Below, in pieces: positions 21,527-31,272 of a stretch of DNA of 64,000 nucleotides (the first letter of the stretch is position 1; each line of letters starts with the position of its first letter). The translations under genes and the position numbers were made by a program. The notes below the pieces were generated by a model. That model was not told the origin of the DNA and ran no database searches. It worked only from the letters and a program-made list of their open reading frames with translations. The stretch is from Alphaproteobacteria bacterium (lineage in GTDB: Bacteria > Pseudomonadota > Alphaproteobacteria > UBA828), in contig OZ243972.1 of NCBI GenBank assembly GCA_965214705.1, forward strand, positions 3,616,001 through 3,680,000, given 5' to 3'.

Positions 21527-21976
21527 ATGGTCGAGATCGCCTTCTACCAGCTACGCCGCACGCCGCTGGAGAAGGCGCTCCCGAAGCTATTGGAGAAGGT
21601 GTTGGAGAGCGGGCGCCGCGCCGTGGTGCTTACCGCCTCGGAGGAGCGTGCAGAGGCGCTGAACGCGGCGCTCTGGACCTACGAGCAAGGTTCGTTCCTG
21701 CCCCACGGCACGGCGCGGGATGGCAAGTCCGAGCGCCAGCCGATCTTTCTTGCCACCGACGATACCAATCCCAACGGCGCCGAGATCGCCGTCATGGTCG
21801 ACGGTATCGCCCCTGCCGATCCCGGTGGCTTCGAGCGCTGCCTCGACATGTTCGACGGGACCGATCCGGCCGCGCTCGATGCGGCACGCGCACGCTGGCG
21901 GGCGCACAAGGAGCGGGGCGATACGGTCACCTATTGGGAGCAGACCCAGAGCGGCGGATGGGAACAGCGAGCGTAG
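21527..21976 (+). CDS. holC: DNA polymerase III subunit chi
   Basis: FYQL...LPKLLEK, LWTY...SFLPHG, ARARW; conserved pepA-holC order. Confidence 0.93.
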   Translation: MVEIAFYQLRRTPLEKALPKLLEKVLESGRRAVVLTASEERAEALNAALWTYEQGSFLPHGTARDGKSERQPIFLATDDTNPNGAEIAVMVDGIAPADPGGFERCLDMFDGTDPAALDAARARWRAHKERGDTVTYWEQTQSGGWEQRA

Positions 21977-21990
21977 TGGGATCGAAGACA

Positions 21991-23370
21991 GTGACGGACC
22001 GGATCAGGGCCGATCTCTGCGTGATCGGCGCCGGCTCGGCGGGGCTTTCGCTCGCTGCGGGTGCGGTTCAGATGGGCGCCTCGGTGATCCTGATCGAGCA
22101 ATCTCGGATGGGCGGGGAGTGCCTGAACACCGGCTGCGTTCCCTCCAAGGCCCTGCTGGCTGCCGCGGCGCGGGGCGACGATTTCGCCGCCGCCTATGAC
22201 CACATGCGGGGCGCCATCGCAGCGATCGAGCCGCACGATTCGGTCGAACGCTTCCGCGGCCTCGGCGTCCACGTGGAGCTCGGCAAGGCCCAGTTTGTCG
22301 CGCCACGATTCCTGGAGGTGGGCAGCACCAGCGTCACCGCACGGCGCTTCATCATCGCCACGGGATCTGCGCCGGTGGTGCCGGCAATTCCGGGGCTCGA
22401 CTCCGTCCCCTATTTCACCAACGAGACGCTGTTCGACTCGGCGCCGGAGCCGAGCCATCTGCTGGTGCTGGGCGGCGGCCCGGTCGGGGCCGAGATGGCC
22501 CAGGCCTACCGCCGGCTCGGGGCGCAGGTCACGTTGTTCGAATCCAAGCGGCTGCTCGGGCGCGACGATCCAGAGCTCGCGGCCATCGTGCGCGCGCGGT
22601 TGATCGAAGAAGGCGTGACGGTCCACGAGGAGAGCCGGGTCACGGCGGTCGAGGCGAGCGCGGACGGCGGCGTGACGATTGCCTGCGGCGAGGGCGACGC
22701 GAGCCGGCGGGTCAGCGGCTCGCACCTCCTGGTCGCGGCGGGGCGTCGGCCGAAGATCGACGGTCTCGGCCTCGAGAATGCGAAGGTCGCGCTCAACGAC
22801 GGCGTGCCTCTGGTGGATAGGCGCCTGCGCACGACCAACAAGCGCATCTTCGCGGCGGGCGATGTGGTAGGGCCGTACCGCTTCACCCACACGGCGAGCT
22901 ACCAGTCGCGGATCATCATCACCAACGCGCTCTTCCGGCTCCCGGCGAAGGCTCTCTACAGCGCGGTGCCGTGGGTCACCTATACCGACCCCGAGCTCGC
23001 CCACGTCGGCATGAGCGAGGCGGAGGCGCGGGCCAAGGGCCACGAGCTGCTGCGCATCCTGCGCTTCCCCTTCGAGGAGAACGACCGCGCCATCGCCGAA
23101 GGCGCCACGGCCGGGCTGGTGAAGGTGGTCGCGACGAAGCGCGGCCGGGTGCTGGGCGCTTCCATCGTCGGCAAACACGCCGGTGAGCTGATCCTGCCGT
23201 GGGTGCTCGCGGTGCAGTGCCGGATCGGGGTCAGCAAGATCGCGCAGGCGATCGTGCCCTATCCGACCATGAGCGAGGCGAGCGCGAGAGCCGCCGGCAG
23301 CTTCCACGCGCCGATGCTGTTCAGCCCGCGCACCCGTCGCCTGGTGCGCATGCTCGCGCGTTTGGGGTAG
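21991..23370 (+). CDS. Pyridine nucleotide-disulfide oxidoreductase (dihydrolipoamide dehydrogenase/mercuric reductase-like)
   Basis: VIGAGSAG, GGECLNTGCVPSK, IIATGS, LGGGPVGAE, FAAGD; C-terminal PYPT. Confidence 0.88.
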   Translation: MTDRIRADLCVIGAGSAGLSLAAGAVQMGASVILIEQSRMGGECLNTGCVPSKALLAAAARGDDFAAAYDHMRGAIAAIEPHDSVERFRGLGVHVELGKAQFVAPRFLEVGSTSVTARRFIIATGSAPVVPAIPGLDSVPYFTNETLFDSAPEPSHLLVLGGGPVGAEMAQAYRRLGAQVTLFESKRLLGRDDPELAAIVRARLIEEGVTVHEESRVTAVEASADGGVTIACGEGDASRRVSGSHLLVAAGRRPKIDGLGLENAKVALNDGVPLVDRRLRTTNKRIFAAGDVVGPYRFTHTASYQSRIIITNALFRLPAKALYSAVPWVTYTDPELAHVGMSEAEARAKGHELLRILRFPFEENDRAIAEGATAGLVKVVATKRGRVLGASIVGKHAGELILPWVLAVQCRIGVSKIAQAIVPYPTMSEASARAAGSFHAPMLFSPRTRRLVRMLARLG

Positions 23371-23435
23371 GCGGGCGCCACTCGCTGACTCTATAGTCGG
23401 GTCGGCGAAGCAACAGGCGATCGCTCCGGGACATC

Positions 23436-24878
23436 TTGGCTGGGTTTTCCCTTTCGGTGCTGTCGCGAGCCGCCCGCGGCCTCTCGGCGCGGCTGCTGGT
23501 GCTCACGATCCTCTTCGTCCTGCTGGGCGAGGTCTTCATCTACGTCCCCTCGATCGCGCGCCATCGCCTGGTCTTCCTCGAAGAGCGGGTCGACGCCGCG
23601 CGAATCGCGGCGCTGGCGGTGGAGGCGTCGCCCGACGGGATGGTGACCGAGGAGCTTCGCCTCGCCCTGCTGGACCGTGCCGGGGTCTCGGCCATCTCGA
23701 TCAAGCGGCCCGGTACGCGCCTGCTCGTGCTCAGCGATGACATGCCGGTGACGATCGACGCGACCTTCGATTTGCGCGAGGCGACGCCGATGGGCCTGAT
23801 TGGCCATGCGGCCGATGCGTTGCAGAACGGCGGCGAGCGCACGATCCGGGTGATGGGCACAGCACCGGGCGATCCGTCCGACACGGTGGTGGACATCGTG
23901 CTGCCGGAGGCGCCGCTGTTCGCGTCGATGCTCGACTACTCGGGGCGAATCCTGTGGCTCTCGATCATTCTGGCCTTCGTCGTCGCGGGCTTGGTCTATC
24001 TCTCGCTGCACTGGCTCATGGTGCTGCCGCTCGGACGCATGACCGACAGCCTGGTCTCGTTCCGCCGCGCGCCGGAGGACGCGGCCGCGACCGTCAGGGT
24101 CAGCGGCCGGCGCGACGAGATCGGCCTGGCCCAGCGGGAGCTGCAAGTCATGCAGCGGCGCGTGCGCGGGGCGCTCCGTCAGCGGGCGCGGCTCGCCGCC
24201 GTCGGCGCCGGCGTTGCCAAGATCAACCACGATCTCCGCAACATGCTGGCGACCGCCGCCGTCCTGACCGATCGGCTGGCGATGGCACGCGATCCCGAGG
24301 TGCAGAAGCTGGCGCTGCCGCTGGTCGCCGCGATCGATCGGGCCATCACGCTCTGCACGCACACGCTGAGCTTTGCGACGGGCCGTCTGCCGGCGCCCCG
24401 GCGCGCGTCGTTCGCCTTGGCGCCGCTGGTCGATGAGGTACAGGCGGCGCTCCCCATCGACGACGGCTCGATCGACTGGCGCAACGAGGTGCCGCTGGCG
24501 CTCACGATCACCGCCGATCGAGATCAGCTCTATCGGGCCATCAGCAACCTGACCCAGAACGCGGTGCAGGCATTGGCTTGCCAGGATGGGGGCGGAACGG
24601 TGCGGATCGGCGCGTGGCGCGACGCGGACGACACGGTCGTGGAAATCGCCGATACCGGTCCCGGCATTTCCGCTCCGGTGCGCGAGAAGCTGTTCGAGGC
24701 ATTTTCGGACGGTGGCCGCGACGAGGGCACCGGTCTCGGCCTCGCCATCGCCCGCGACCTCGTGCGCAACCATGGCGGCGACATCAGTCTCGAACACTCC
24801 GACCCGACCGGTACCGTCTTCAGGCTGCGCTTGCCCGACACCCCCGATCAGGAAGTCGTCGAACCGCAGGACGAGTGA
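23436..24878 (+). CDS. HAMP-domain sensor histidine kinase
   Basis: Two TM segments, HAMP (RRDEIG), H-box KINHDLRN, N-box NLTQNAVQA, DTGPG, GTGLGLAI. Confidence 0.9.
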   Translation: MAGFSLSVLSRAARGLSARLLVLTILFVLLGEVFIYVPSIARHRLVFLEERVDAARIAALAVEASPDGMVTEELRLALLDRAGVSAISIKRPGTRLLVLSDDMPVTIDATFDLREATPMGLIGHAADALQNGGERTIRVMGTAPGDPSDTVVDIVLPEAPLFASMLDYSGRILWLSIILAFVVAGLVYLSLHWLMVLPLGRMTDSLVSFRRAPEDAAATVRVSGRRDEIGLAQRELQVMQRRVRGALRQRARLAAVGAGVAKINHDLRNMLATAAVLTDRLAMARDPEVQKLALPLVAAIDRAITLCTHTLSFATGRLPAPRRASFALAPLVDEVQAALPIDDGSIDWRNEVPLALTITADRDQLYRAISNLTQNAVQALACQDGGGTVRIGAWRDADDTVVEIADTGPGISAPVREKLFEAFSDGGRDEGTGLGLAIARDLVRNHGGDISLEHSDPTGTVFRLRLPDTPDQEVVEPQDE

Positions 24879-24897
24879 TCGGGGGAGGATCCTCGGC

Positions 24898-26640
24898 TTA
24901 GTGGCCGAGGGCGACCCCTTCGCGGCGCGGGTCGGCGCCGCCTTCCAGCATTCCATCCACCCGGCGGACGGCGTGCAGGCCGCTCGTCAGGGGCCGGATG
25001 CGAACCTCGTGCCCCAGAGCCTCCAGCGCGGGTGCGATCCGTTCGAGAGGGGTGCCCGCCTCCAGCTCGGTCGCACCGTTGCGGTTGACGTGGCGGGGCA
25101 GGCTAAGCGCGGCCTGCGCGTCGAGGCCCCAATCGAGCATGGCGATCACCGACTGGGCGACGAAGCCGATGATGCGCGACCCACCCGGTGAGCCGAGGCT
25201 CGCGACCAGCCGGCCCGCCTCATCGAAGATCAGCGTCGGCGTCATGGACGAGCGCGGGCGCTTGCCCGGCTGCACGCGGTTCGCGACCGGGCCGTGTTCG
25301 CTGGTCGGGGCGAAGGAGAAGTCCGTGAGTTGGTTGTTCAGGAAAAACCCCGCCGCCATGAGGCGCGAACCGAAGGCGCGCTCCACGCTGGTGGTGAAGG
25401 AGACGGCGTTGCCGCGCGCATCGACGACCGAGAGATGGCTGGTGGAGGCGAACTCCGGTGCCGCCGCGTCGGCCCGCGCGAGGCCGCCGGAGCCGGGAGG
25501 GGCGCCCGGCGCGGCTTCACCCATTGCGCGATCGGGGTCGATCAGGCTGGCGCGTCGGCGCAGGTAATCGGGATCAAGCATGCCCGCCACCGGGACCGGC
25601 ACGAAGTCCGTATCCGCCAGGTAACGATTGCGGTCGGCGAAGGCGAGGCGGCTCGCCTCGCTGATCAGGTGGACGGCTTCCACCGAGCCGGGCTTAAGTG
25701 CGGCGAGATCGAAAGGCTCCAGCAGCCCAAGGATTTGCAGCAACGTCACGCCGCCGGAGCTCGGCGGCCCCATGCTGCAAACCCGGTGGCGCCGGTAGTC
25801 GCTGCACACCGGCGGCCGCACCTTGGCGCGATAGCCGGCGAGGTCGGCGAGCGCGAGCGCGCCCGGATTCACCGGATCACCCTGCACGGCGGCGACGATC
25901 TCCGTCGCGATCGGTCCTTCGTGAATTGCGTCTGCGCCATCCCGTGCGATGGCGCGCATGGTTTCGGCGTAGGCCGGGTTGACCAGCGTCTCGCCGACGC
26001 TCTTCGGACTGCCGTCCGGATGGAATAAGTAGTCGCGGGCGTTCGGAAAACGCGCGAGATCGGGGTTTTTCTCGATCATGTGTACAAGCCGGGGCGAGAT
26101 GGCGAAGCCACGCTCGGCGAGCACTGCGGCAGGGTCGAAAAGATGTGCCCAGGGCGTGCGGCCGTGAGCGCGATGGACTCGTTCGAGCATCCGGACGACG
26201 CCCGGTACCCCGACCGGCAGACCGCCGACGGCTGCCTCCGGCCAGGGACGCGGCGTGCCGTCCGCAGTTAGGAACAGACGCTTGTCGGCGGCGGCCGGCG
26301 CCGTCTCGCGTCCTTCGTAGCTTTCCACGGTGTCCAGCGCGGCGTCGTAATAGAGCAGAAATCCGCCGCCGCCGATGCCCGAGGACTGCGGTTCGACCAG
26401 ACCGAGTACCATTTGCGCCGCGATGGCTGCGTCGATGGCGTCACCGTCCGCTGCGAGGACGCGAGCGCCGGCCTCCGCCGCTGCGGGGTGCGCCGCTGCG
26501 ATCATCGCGTGGCCGGTGCGCACCGGGGCGTCGGCCGCGGGCGCGGCCGCCGGCACGCTCAGGACCGTCAGCGCGAAAAAGACCAGCGCGGCCAGCCTCG
26601 CGAGCGGTCCACGTCGTTGCACTACCGCCGTAGGACGCAT
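24898..26640 (-). CDS. ggt: Gamma-glutamyltransferase
   Basis: Signal peptide; EPQSSGIGGG, GRETAP, STSHLSVVD, LNNQLTDF, KRPRSSMTP, GSPGG, ADPRREG. Start ATG at 26640. Confidence 0.94.
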   Translation of the reverse strand: MRPTAVVQRRGPLARLAALVFFALTVLSVPAAAPAADAPVRTGHAMIAAAHPAAAEAGARVLAADGDAIDAAIAAQMVLGLVEPQSSGIGGGGFLLYYDAALDTVESYEGRETAPAAADKRLFLTADGTPRPWPEAAVGGLPVGVPGVVRMLERVHRAHGRTPWAHLFDPAAVLAERGFAISPRLVHMIEKNPDLARFPNARDYLFHPDGSPKSVGETLVNPAYAETMRAIARDGADAIHEGPIATEIVAAVQGDPVNPGALALADLAGYRAKVRPPVCSDYRRHRVCSMGPPSSGGVTLLQILGLLEPFDLAALKPGSVEAVHLISEASRLAFADRNRYLADTDFVPVPVAGMLDPDYLRRRASLIDPDRAMGEAAPGAPPGSGGLARADAAAPEFASTSHLSVVDARGNAVSFTTSVERAFGSRLMAAGFFLNNQLTDFSFAPTSEHGPVANRVQPGKRPRSSMTPTLIFDEAGRLVASLGSPGGSRIIGFVAQSVIAMLDWGLDAQAALSLPRHVNRNGATELEAGTPLERIAPALEALGHEVRIRPLTSGLHAVRRVDGMLEGGADPRREGVALGH

Positions 26641-26696
26641 CGCTGGCCCCGGCCGCTTGACGCGGCACCGGCGCTTCACTAAGTGAAGCCGGCGGC

Positions 26697-26774
<78 letters not shown>

Positions 26775-26971
26775 TTTACCTCCCTCGAATTGCCCAGAGC
26801 CTCGGCCTGAGTGGTCGGTGTGCCCATGCCGCGGCGGCATAATGCGGCGGACCTCTCAAGCTGCGCAAAATTCGACGTAACTACCCAGGTACCCCGCCGC
26901 CAGATCTGAGTGCGTGCTGATGTTGGTCGCCGCCGGTGCCGTTTGTCCGTCGGCGCGTCGATGATCTGCCC

Positions 26972-27000
26972 TTGACTGTATAGGCACGCTCGCCTATGGG
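26972..27000 (+). promoter_or_regulatory. Candidate sigma70 promoter for the MTase-transposase operon, overlapped by an inverted repeat
   Basis: TTGACT-N17-TATGGG; ATAGGC-N6-GCCTAT at 26980-26997. Confidence 0.4.
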
Positions 27001-27028
27001 TTGCTCTCTCGCATGAGAGGAGCAGCCG

Positions 27029-27698
27029 GTGGGGTATTTCGGATCGAAGGCGACGACCGGTCTGAGCCAGGCGCTGATTGCGCTGATGCCCCCGCACTCT
27101 GTCTATATCGAGAGCCACTTGGGGGGGCGGGGCGCTGATGAAGCGCAAGCCTGCGGCCGTGCGCTCGATCGGGATTGACCGCGACGAGCGGGCGCTTGAG
27201 TCCTTCGACTGTGGCTACCCGGTGGAGTTGGTGCACGGCTGCGCCCACTCCTTCCTGGCCTCGTTCCCGTTCCTGGGCCCGGAGCTGGTCTACAGCGATC
27301 CGCCCTATCTGCACGCGACCCGGCGTTCGTCGCAGCGCTACCGCTTCGAGTACGAGGAGGCCGACCACGTCGCGCTCCTCGAACTGCTCAAGGGTCTGCC
27401 CTGCCAGGTGATGGTCTCGGGCCACCCGTCTGCGCTCTATGACGAGTTGCTGGCGGGCTGGCGCCGGCTGGCGCTGCAGGTGACGACCCAGGCCCAGGTG
27501 CGGACCGAGGCGGTGTGGTTCAACTTCGCGCCCGACCGGGTGCACTGGGCGAGCTACGCGGGCCGCAACTTCACCGACCGCCAGCGCATCAAGCGCAAGG
27601 CGGCCAACTGGGGCCGGCGCTACGAGGCCATGCCGGCGGGCGAACGCCTGGCGGTGCTGGCCGCGATCATGGCCGTCGAGGCTGACGAGGGTTTGTGA
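27029..27698 (+). pseudogene. Small Dam/D12-class N6-adenine DNA methyltransferase, +1 frameshift in a G7 tract (possibly phase-variable)
   Basis: GAGGAG RBS then GTG 27029: MGYFGSKA...MPPHSVYIESHLGG. The frame shifts at 27121-27127 into the ORF containing IGIDRD, VYSDPPY, DHVALL and RTEAVWFNF. G6 would give an intact 222-aa protein. Confidence 0.85.
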
Positions 27699-29236
27699 CA
27701 GTGTCGCGCTGGCACGCGGACCTCGCCGCTCACGACGAGGCTTTCGCGTGCCTGCAGGACCTTTTCACCCCACAATCCTTCGCGATGACCGCCGTCAAAG
27801 CCATCCGGGAATGGGGCCAGGGGCTGCTTCGCCTGAGCGCGGCGCTGGTCAAGGAGAACGACGCGCTGGAGCGGGAGAACGCCCGCTTGCGCGAGCGGAT
27901 CGCCGAACTTGAGCGCAGCGCCGCGCTCGACAGCACCACCAGCTCCAGGCCGCCGGCCAGCGACGGCCTGAAGAAGAAGAGCGCAGACCAGGAGAAGCGC
28001 ACCCGGAGCCGGCGCGGCAAATCCGACAGGCCCAGCGGCGGTCAGCCGGGCCACAAGGGAACCACCCTGGAGCGGACCGAGAACCCGGACCACGTCGTGG
28101 ATCATGATCCGTCCGCCTGTGAGGGCTGCGGCGCGCCGCTGTCGGACGCCGACCGTCACGGAGCCCCCGTCTGCCGGCAGGTCTTCGATGTGCCCGAGCC
28201 GCAGCCCCTCGAGGCCACCGAGCATCGCGGCCATCGCTGCCTCTGCGCCGCCTGCGGCACCATGACAACAGCCGCCTTCCCGAACGGCGTGAGCGCCCCG
28301 GTCCAGTACGGGCCGCGCATCACCGCGTGGGTGACCTACCTGCTGCACGCTCAGTTCATTCCGGAGAAGCGCGTCGCCGAGGTCATGAGCGATCTCTTCG
28401 CGGTCAAGATCTCAACGGCCACCATCGCCGCCATGGGCCGGCGCACCGCCCGGCGCTTCGAGGGCTTCCTCGATCGTGTCGCAGAGATCATCCGCACCGA
28501 AGCCCCGGTCAAACACCTCGACGAGACCGGCATCCGCATCGCCGCCCGGACCCATTGGCTCCACGTGCTGTGCACCCCGTTGCTGACCATCCTGCGCGTC
28601 GCCAGCGGGCGCGGCCATTTCGACGAGAAGCTCAACGGCATCGTCATCCATGACGACTATGCCACCTACTTCGCTCTCGAGGGCGTGCGCCACGGGGCCT
28701 GCAACGCCCATCACCTGCGTGAGCTCCAGGCCCTGATCGAGATCGAGAAGGAAGACTGGGCAACGAGCATGCACCAGCTGCTCTCCCGTGCCAACAGAGC
28801 CGCCCGCTTCGCCCGCAAGAATGATCGCGACGTGCCCGCATCGCTGGTCGCCCGCATCTCGCGAGCCTGGGACCGCATCCTCGAACGTGCCATCGCCGCT
28901 CACGAAGAGATGCCGCCGCTCCAGACCGGAAAGCGCGGACGACAAAAGCGCCGCATCGGTCACAACCTCGCGCTCCGGCTCCAGAAGTACAAGGAGGGCT
29001 GCCTGCGCTTCCTCACCGACCCGCGAACCCCGTTCTCGAACAATGAGGCGGAGCGCGATCTGCGAATGGGCAAGCTGCGTCAGAAAATCTCAGGCGGCTT
29101 CCGCTCGATGCAAGGTGCCTGCGACTTCGCCAACCTGCGGTCCGTCATCGCCACCGCTCGAAAACAGCGCTGGAATGTCCTCGAAACCCTGGCGCACCCC
29201 GATCCCATGCAGCTAATCCCGGTACTGCGCTTCTGA
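27695..29236 (+). CDS. IS66-family DDE transposase (TnpC)
   Basis: Coiled coil, DSTTSSRPPASDG, GGQPGHKG, CxxC zinc ligands, HLDETG, IHDDY, CNAHHLREL, FSNNEAERDLR. Start overlaps the MTase stop (GTGA). Confidence 0.95.
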   Translation: MTVSRWHADLAAHDEAFACLQDLFTPQSFAMTAVKAIREWGQGLLRLSAALVKENDALERENARLRERIAELERSAALDSTTSSRPPASDGLKKKSADQEKRTRSRRGKSDRPSGGQPGHKGTTLERTENPDHVVDHDPSACEGCGAPLSDADRHGAPVCRQVFDVPEPQPLEATEHRGHRCLCAACGTMTTAAFPNGVSAPVQYGPRITAWVTYLLHAQFIPEKRVAEVMSDLFAVKISTATIAAMGRRTARRFEGFLDRVAEIIRTEAPVKHLDETGIRIAARTHWLHVLCTPLLTILRVASGRGHFDEKLNGIVIHDDYATYFALEGVRHGACNAHHLRELQALIEIEKEDWATSMHQLLSRANRAARFARKNDRDVPASLVARISRAWDRILERAIAAHEEMPPLQTGKRGRQKRRIGHNLALRLQKYKEGCLRFLTDPRTPFSNNEAERDLRMGKLRQKISGGFRSMQGACDFANLRSVIATARKQRWNVLETLAHPDPMQLIPVLRF

Positions 29237-29514
29237 AATCCCCCGCCGCTCCGCTCCACGTCAGCGGCACCAGGCCAGAGGCATCAGTCCATCACGCGTG
29301 AGTGCTCGGCGGAATCAGACCTGGGCAGTTACAATTCGACTACCATGTACGCTTGCCAAGCGACCGCAGGTATAGCAGCGTGTCGTACCGGCCGTTGGCT
29401 CATCAGCGTCTCAGCATTGGGCGGAGGGTGACGGCGGTGGAGGCCACGCGGGAACGGCTTTGGCCGGCGCGACAGCATAGCCCGCACGGCCTCTTATTGA
29501 GCGGGGACCGAAGA

Positions 29515-29937
29515 GTGAGCGCGCATCTTACCCTCAACATGGAAGCGCATCTCGACGAAATCGAGCGTATTCGCGCGGCGGTCAGGATCTTGTCGCAAGC
29601 CGAATCCTGGCCTCCCGAGCTCCTGTTTCAAATCGAGCTCGTGCTCGAAGAGATCGGCACCAACATCATAAAATACGGTCAGGACGGTGAAAGGGAGACG
29701 GACATCGATATCACCCTGACCTCCGACCGCAAATCTCTCACCCTGGAAATCACCGACAACGGCAAGCCGTTCGATCCGTTTGCCGATGCACCACCGCCAG
29801 ATCTCGACTCGGCGGTCCCGGACCGCCCGATCGGCGGGCTCGGCGTCTATCTCGTGCGCGAGTTGATGGACGAGGCCAGCTACCGGCACGAGGATGGCAA
29901 GAACAAGGTGACCCTCGTCAAGCACAAGTCGCTGTGA
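29515..29937 (+). CDS. RsbW/SpoIIAB-like anti-sigma factor Ser/Thr kinase
   Basis: LVLEEIGTNIIKYG, ITDNGKPFDP, RPIGGLGVYLVRELMD. Confidence 0.88.
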   Translation: MSAHLTLNMEAHLDEIERIRAAVRILSQAESWPPELLFQIELVLEEIGTNIIKYGQDGERETDIDITLTSDRKSLTLEITDNGKPFDPFADAPPPDLDSAVPDRPIGGLGVYLVRELMDEASYRHEDGKNKVTLVKHKSL

Positions 29938-30038
29938 CGCGCTCGCGGTACGTCCCCGGTGCGCCGCCGACGGCGGTTACTGCGGCGCGGGCCTCAGTGC
30001 TCTGAACCCGCGCCGGGGGCAGCGTTCGGTCCCTGTTC

Positions 30039-31202
30039 ATGGATAGTATGGCGATGCTCTGGAGCGGGCTCGCTGCGGCGGGCGCGGCTCTCTGGCTTTG
30101 CGTCCTGGTGCTGCCCTGGCAACCGTGGCGCGTGCGGGAGCGGCTCGAGCCGGAGCCCGGCCACGATGCCGCGGATATCAGCCTCGAAGACGTGACGGTC
30201 CTGATTCCGGCCCGCGACGAGGCGGCAGTCATCGGCGAGACGCTTGCGGCGCTCGGCCGCCAGGGGCGCGGCCTGCGCGTGGTCCTGGTCGACGACCGCT
30301 CCGGCGACGACACGGCAGAGGTCGCGCGGCAGGCCGCGCCCGAAGCGCTCACCCTCGACGTCCATGCCGGCGGCCGGCTGGCCGAGGGCTGGACCGGCAA
30401 GCTCTGGGCCTTGGAGCAGGGACGGCGCCGGATCGAGACCCCGCTGACGCTGCTGCTGGATGCAGACATCACGCTGCGGCCGGGGATGATCCGGGCGCTG
30501 CTCACTAAGAAGGAGGCAAGCGGCGCGGCGCTCGTCTCGGTGATGGCGGCGCTCAGGATGCGGGGAGGCTGGGAGAAGCTACTGCTGCCCGCCTTCATCT
30601 TCTTCTTTCGCCTGCTTTACCCGTTCCACCTGTCGAACGGGCCGGGCCGGCGGGTCGCCGCGGCGGCTGGTGGCTGTGTCCTGATCGAGACCTCGGTGCT
30701 TGCCCAGATCGGCGGCTTCGGGGCGATCGGGGGCGCGCTCATCGACGACTGCGCGCTGGCGCGGGCGGTCAAGGATGCCGGACACCGGACCTGGATCGGT
30801 GTGAGCCGCGGGGCGGAAAGCCACCGGACCTATCCGACCCTCGGGGTCGTGTGGCGCATGGTCGCCCGCACCGCCTACACCCAGCTCCGCTATTCTCCAG
30901 TGTTGTTGCTGGTCTGCGCGCTGCTCATGGCGCTCACGTTTTGGGCACCGCTTATTGGCCTCGGCGGGCCGCTCGCAGCGCAAATCGCCGGCGGCGTTGG
31001 GCTCGTCGGGATGGCGGTCTGCTACTTGCCGACGGTCCGCTACTACCGTCTCTCCCCCGCCTGGGCGTTGACGATGCCGCTGATCGGCACGCTCTACCTC
31101 GCCATGACCTGGCATTCGGCGCTGCGCGATTGGGGTGGGCAGCGGAGCGAATGGAAGGGCCGAGTCTACGGGCGGGAGCCGAAGGGCGGCCCGGCGGGGT
31201 GA
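30039..31202 (+). CDS. Family 2 glycosyltransferase, hopene-associated HpnB-like
   Basis: IPARDEA, VDDRSGDDT, GWTGKLWAL, DADI, AAAGGC, LIDDCALAR, MVARTAYTQLRYS, WKGR. Confidence 0.8.
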   Translation: MDSMAMLWSGLAAAGAALWLCVLVLPWQPWRVRERLEPEPGHDAADISLEDVTVLIPARDEAAVIGETLAALGRQGRGLRVVLVDDRSGDDTAEVARQAAPEALTLDVHAGGRLAEGWTGKLWALEQGRRRIETPLTLLLDADITLRPGMIRALLTKKEASGAALVSVMAALRMRGGWEKLLLPAFIFFFRLLYPFHLSNGPGRRVAAAAGGCVLIETSVLAQIGGFGAIGGALIDDCALARAVKDAGHRTWIGVSRGAESHRTYPTLGVVWRMVARTAYTQLRYSPVLLLVCALLMALTFWAPLIGLGGPLAAQIAGGVGLVGMAVCYLPTVRYYRLSPAWALTMPLIGTLYLAMTWHSALRDWGGQRSEWKGRVYGREPKGGPAG

Positions 31203-31272
31203 GCGGCCGCGCGAGGCCCGGCGACTGGCGCCTCGCTTGACGCACGCAGGGTGCCGTGTCAGCACGGGGCCC

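Larger units (their letters stand above)
26877..29332 (+). mobile_element. Complete IS66-family element (single-transposase type, 2456 bp) with a DNA methyltransferase passenger
   Basis: IRL GTAACTACCCAGGT; IRR rev-comp GTAACTGCCCAGGT (13/14); perfect 8-bp duplication AATTCGAC at 26869-26876 and 29333-29340. Confidence 0.93.

Noticed and set aside
21991-23370. Possible mercuric reductase (merA)
   Set aside because: No C-terminal Cys-Cys pair, no NmerA domain and no mer genes nearby.
27029-27698. Restriction-modification system
   Set aside because: No endonuclease or specificity gene; the MTase lies wholly inside the IS ends.
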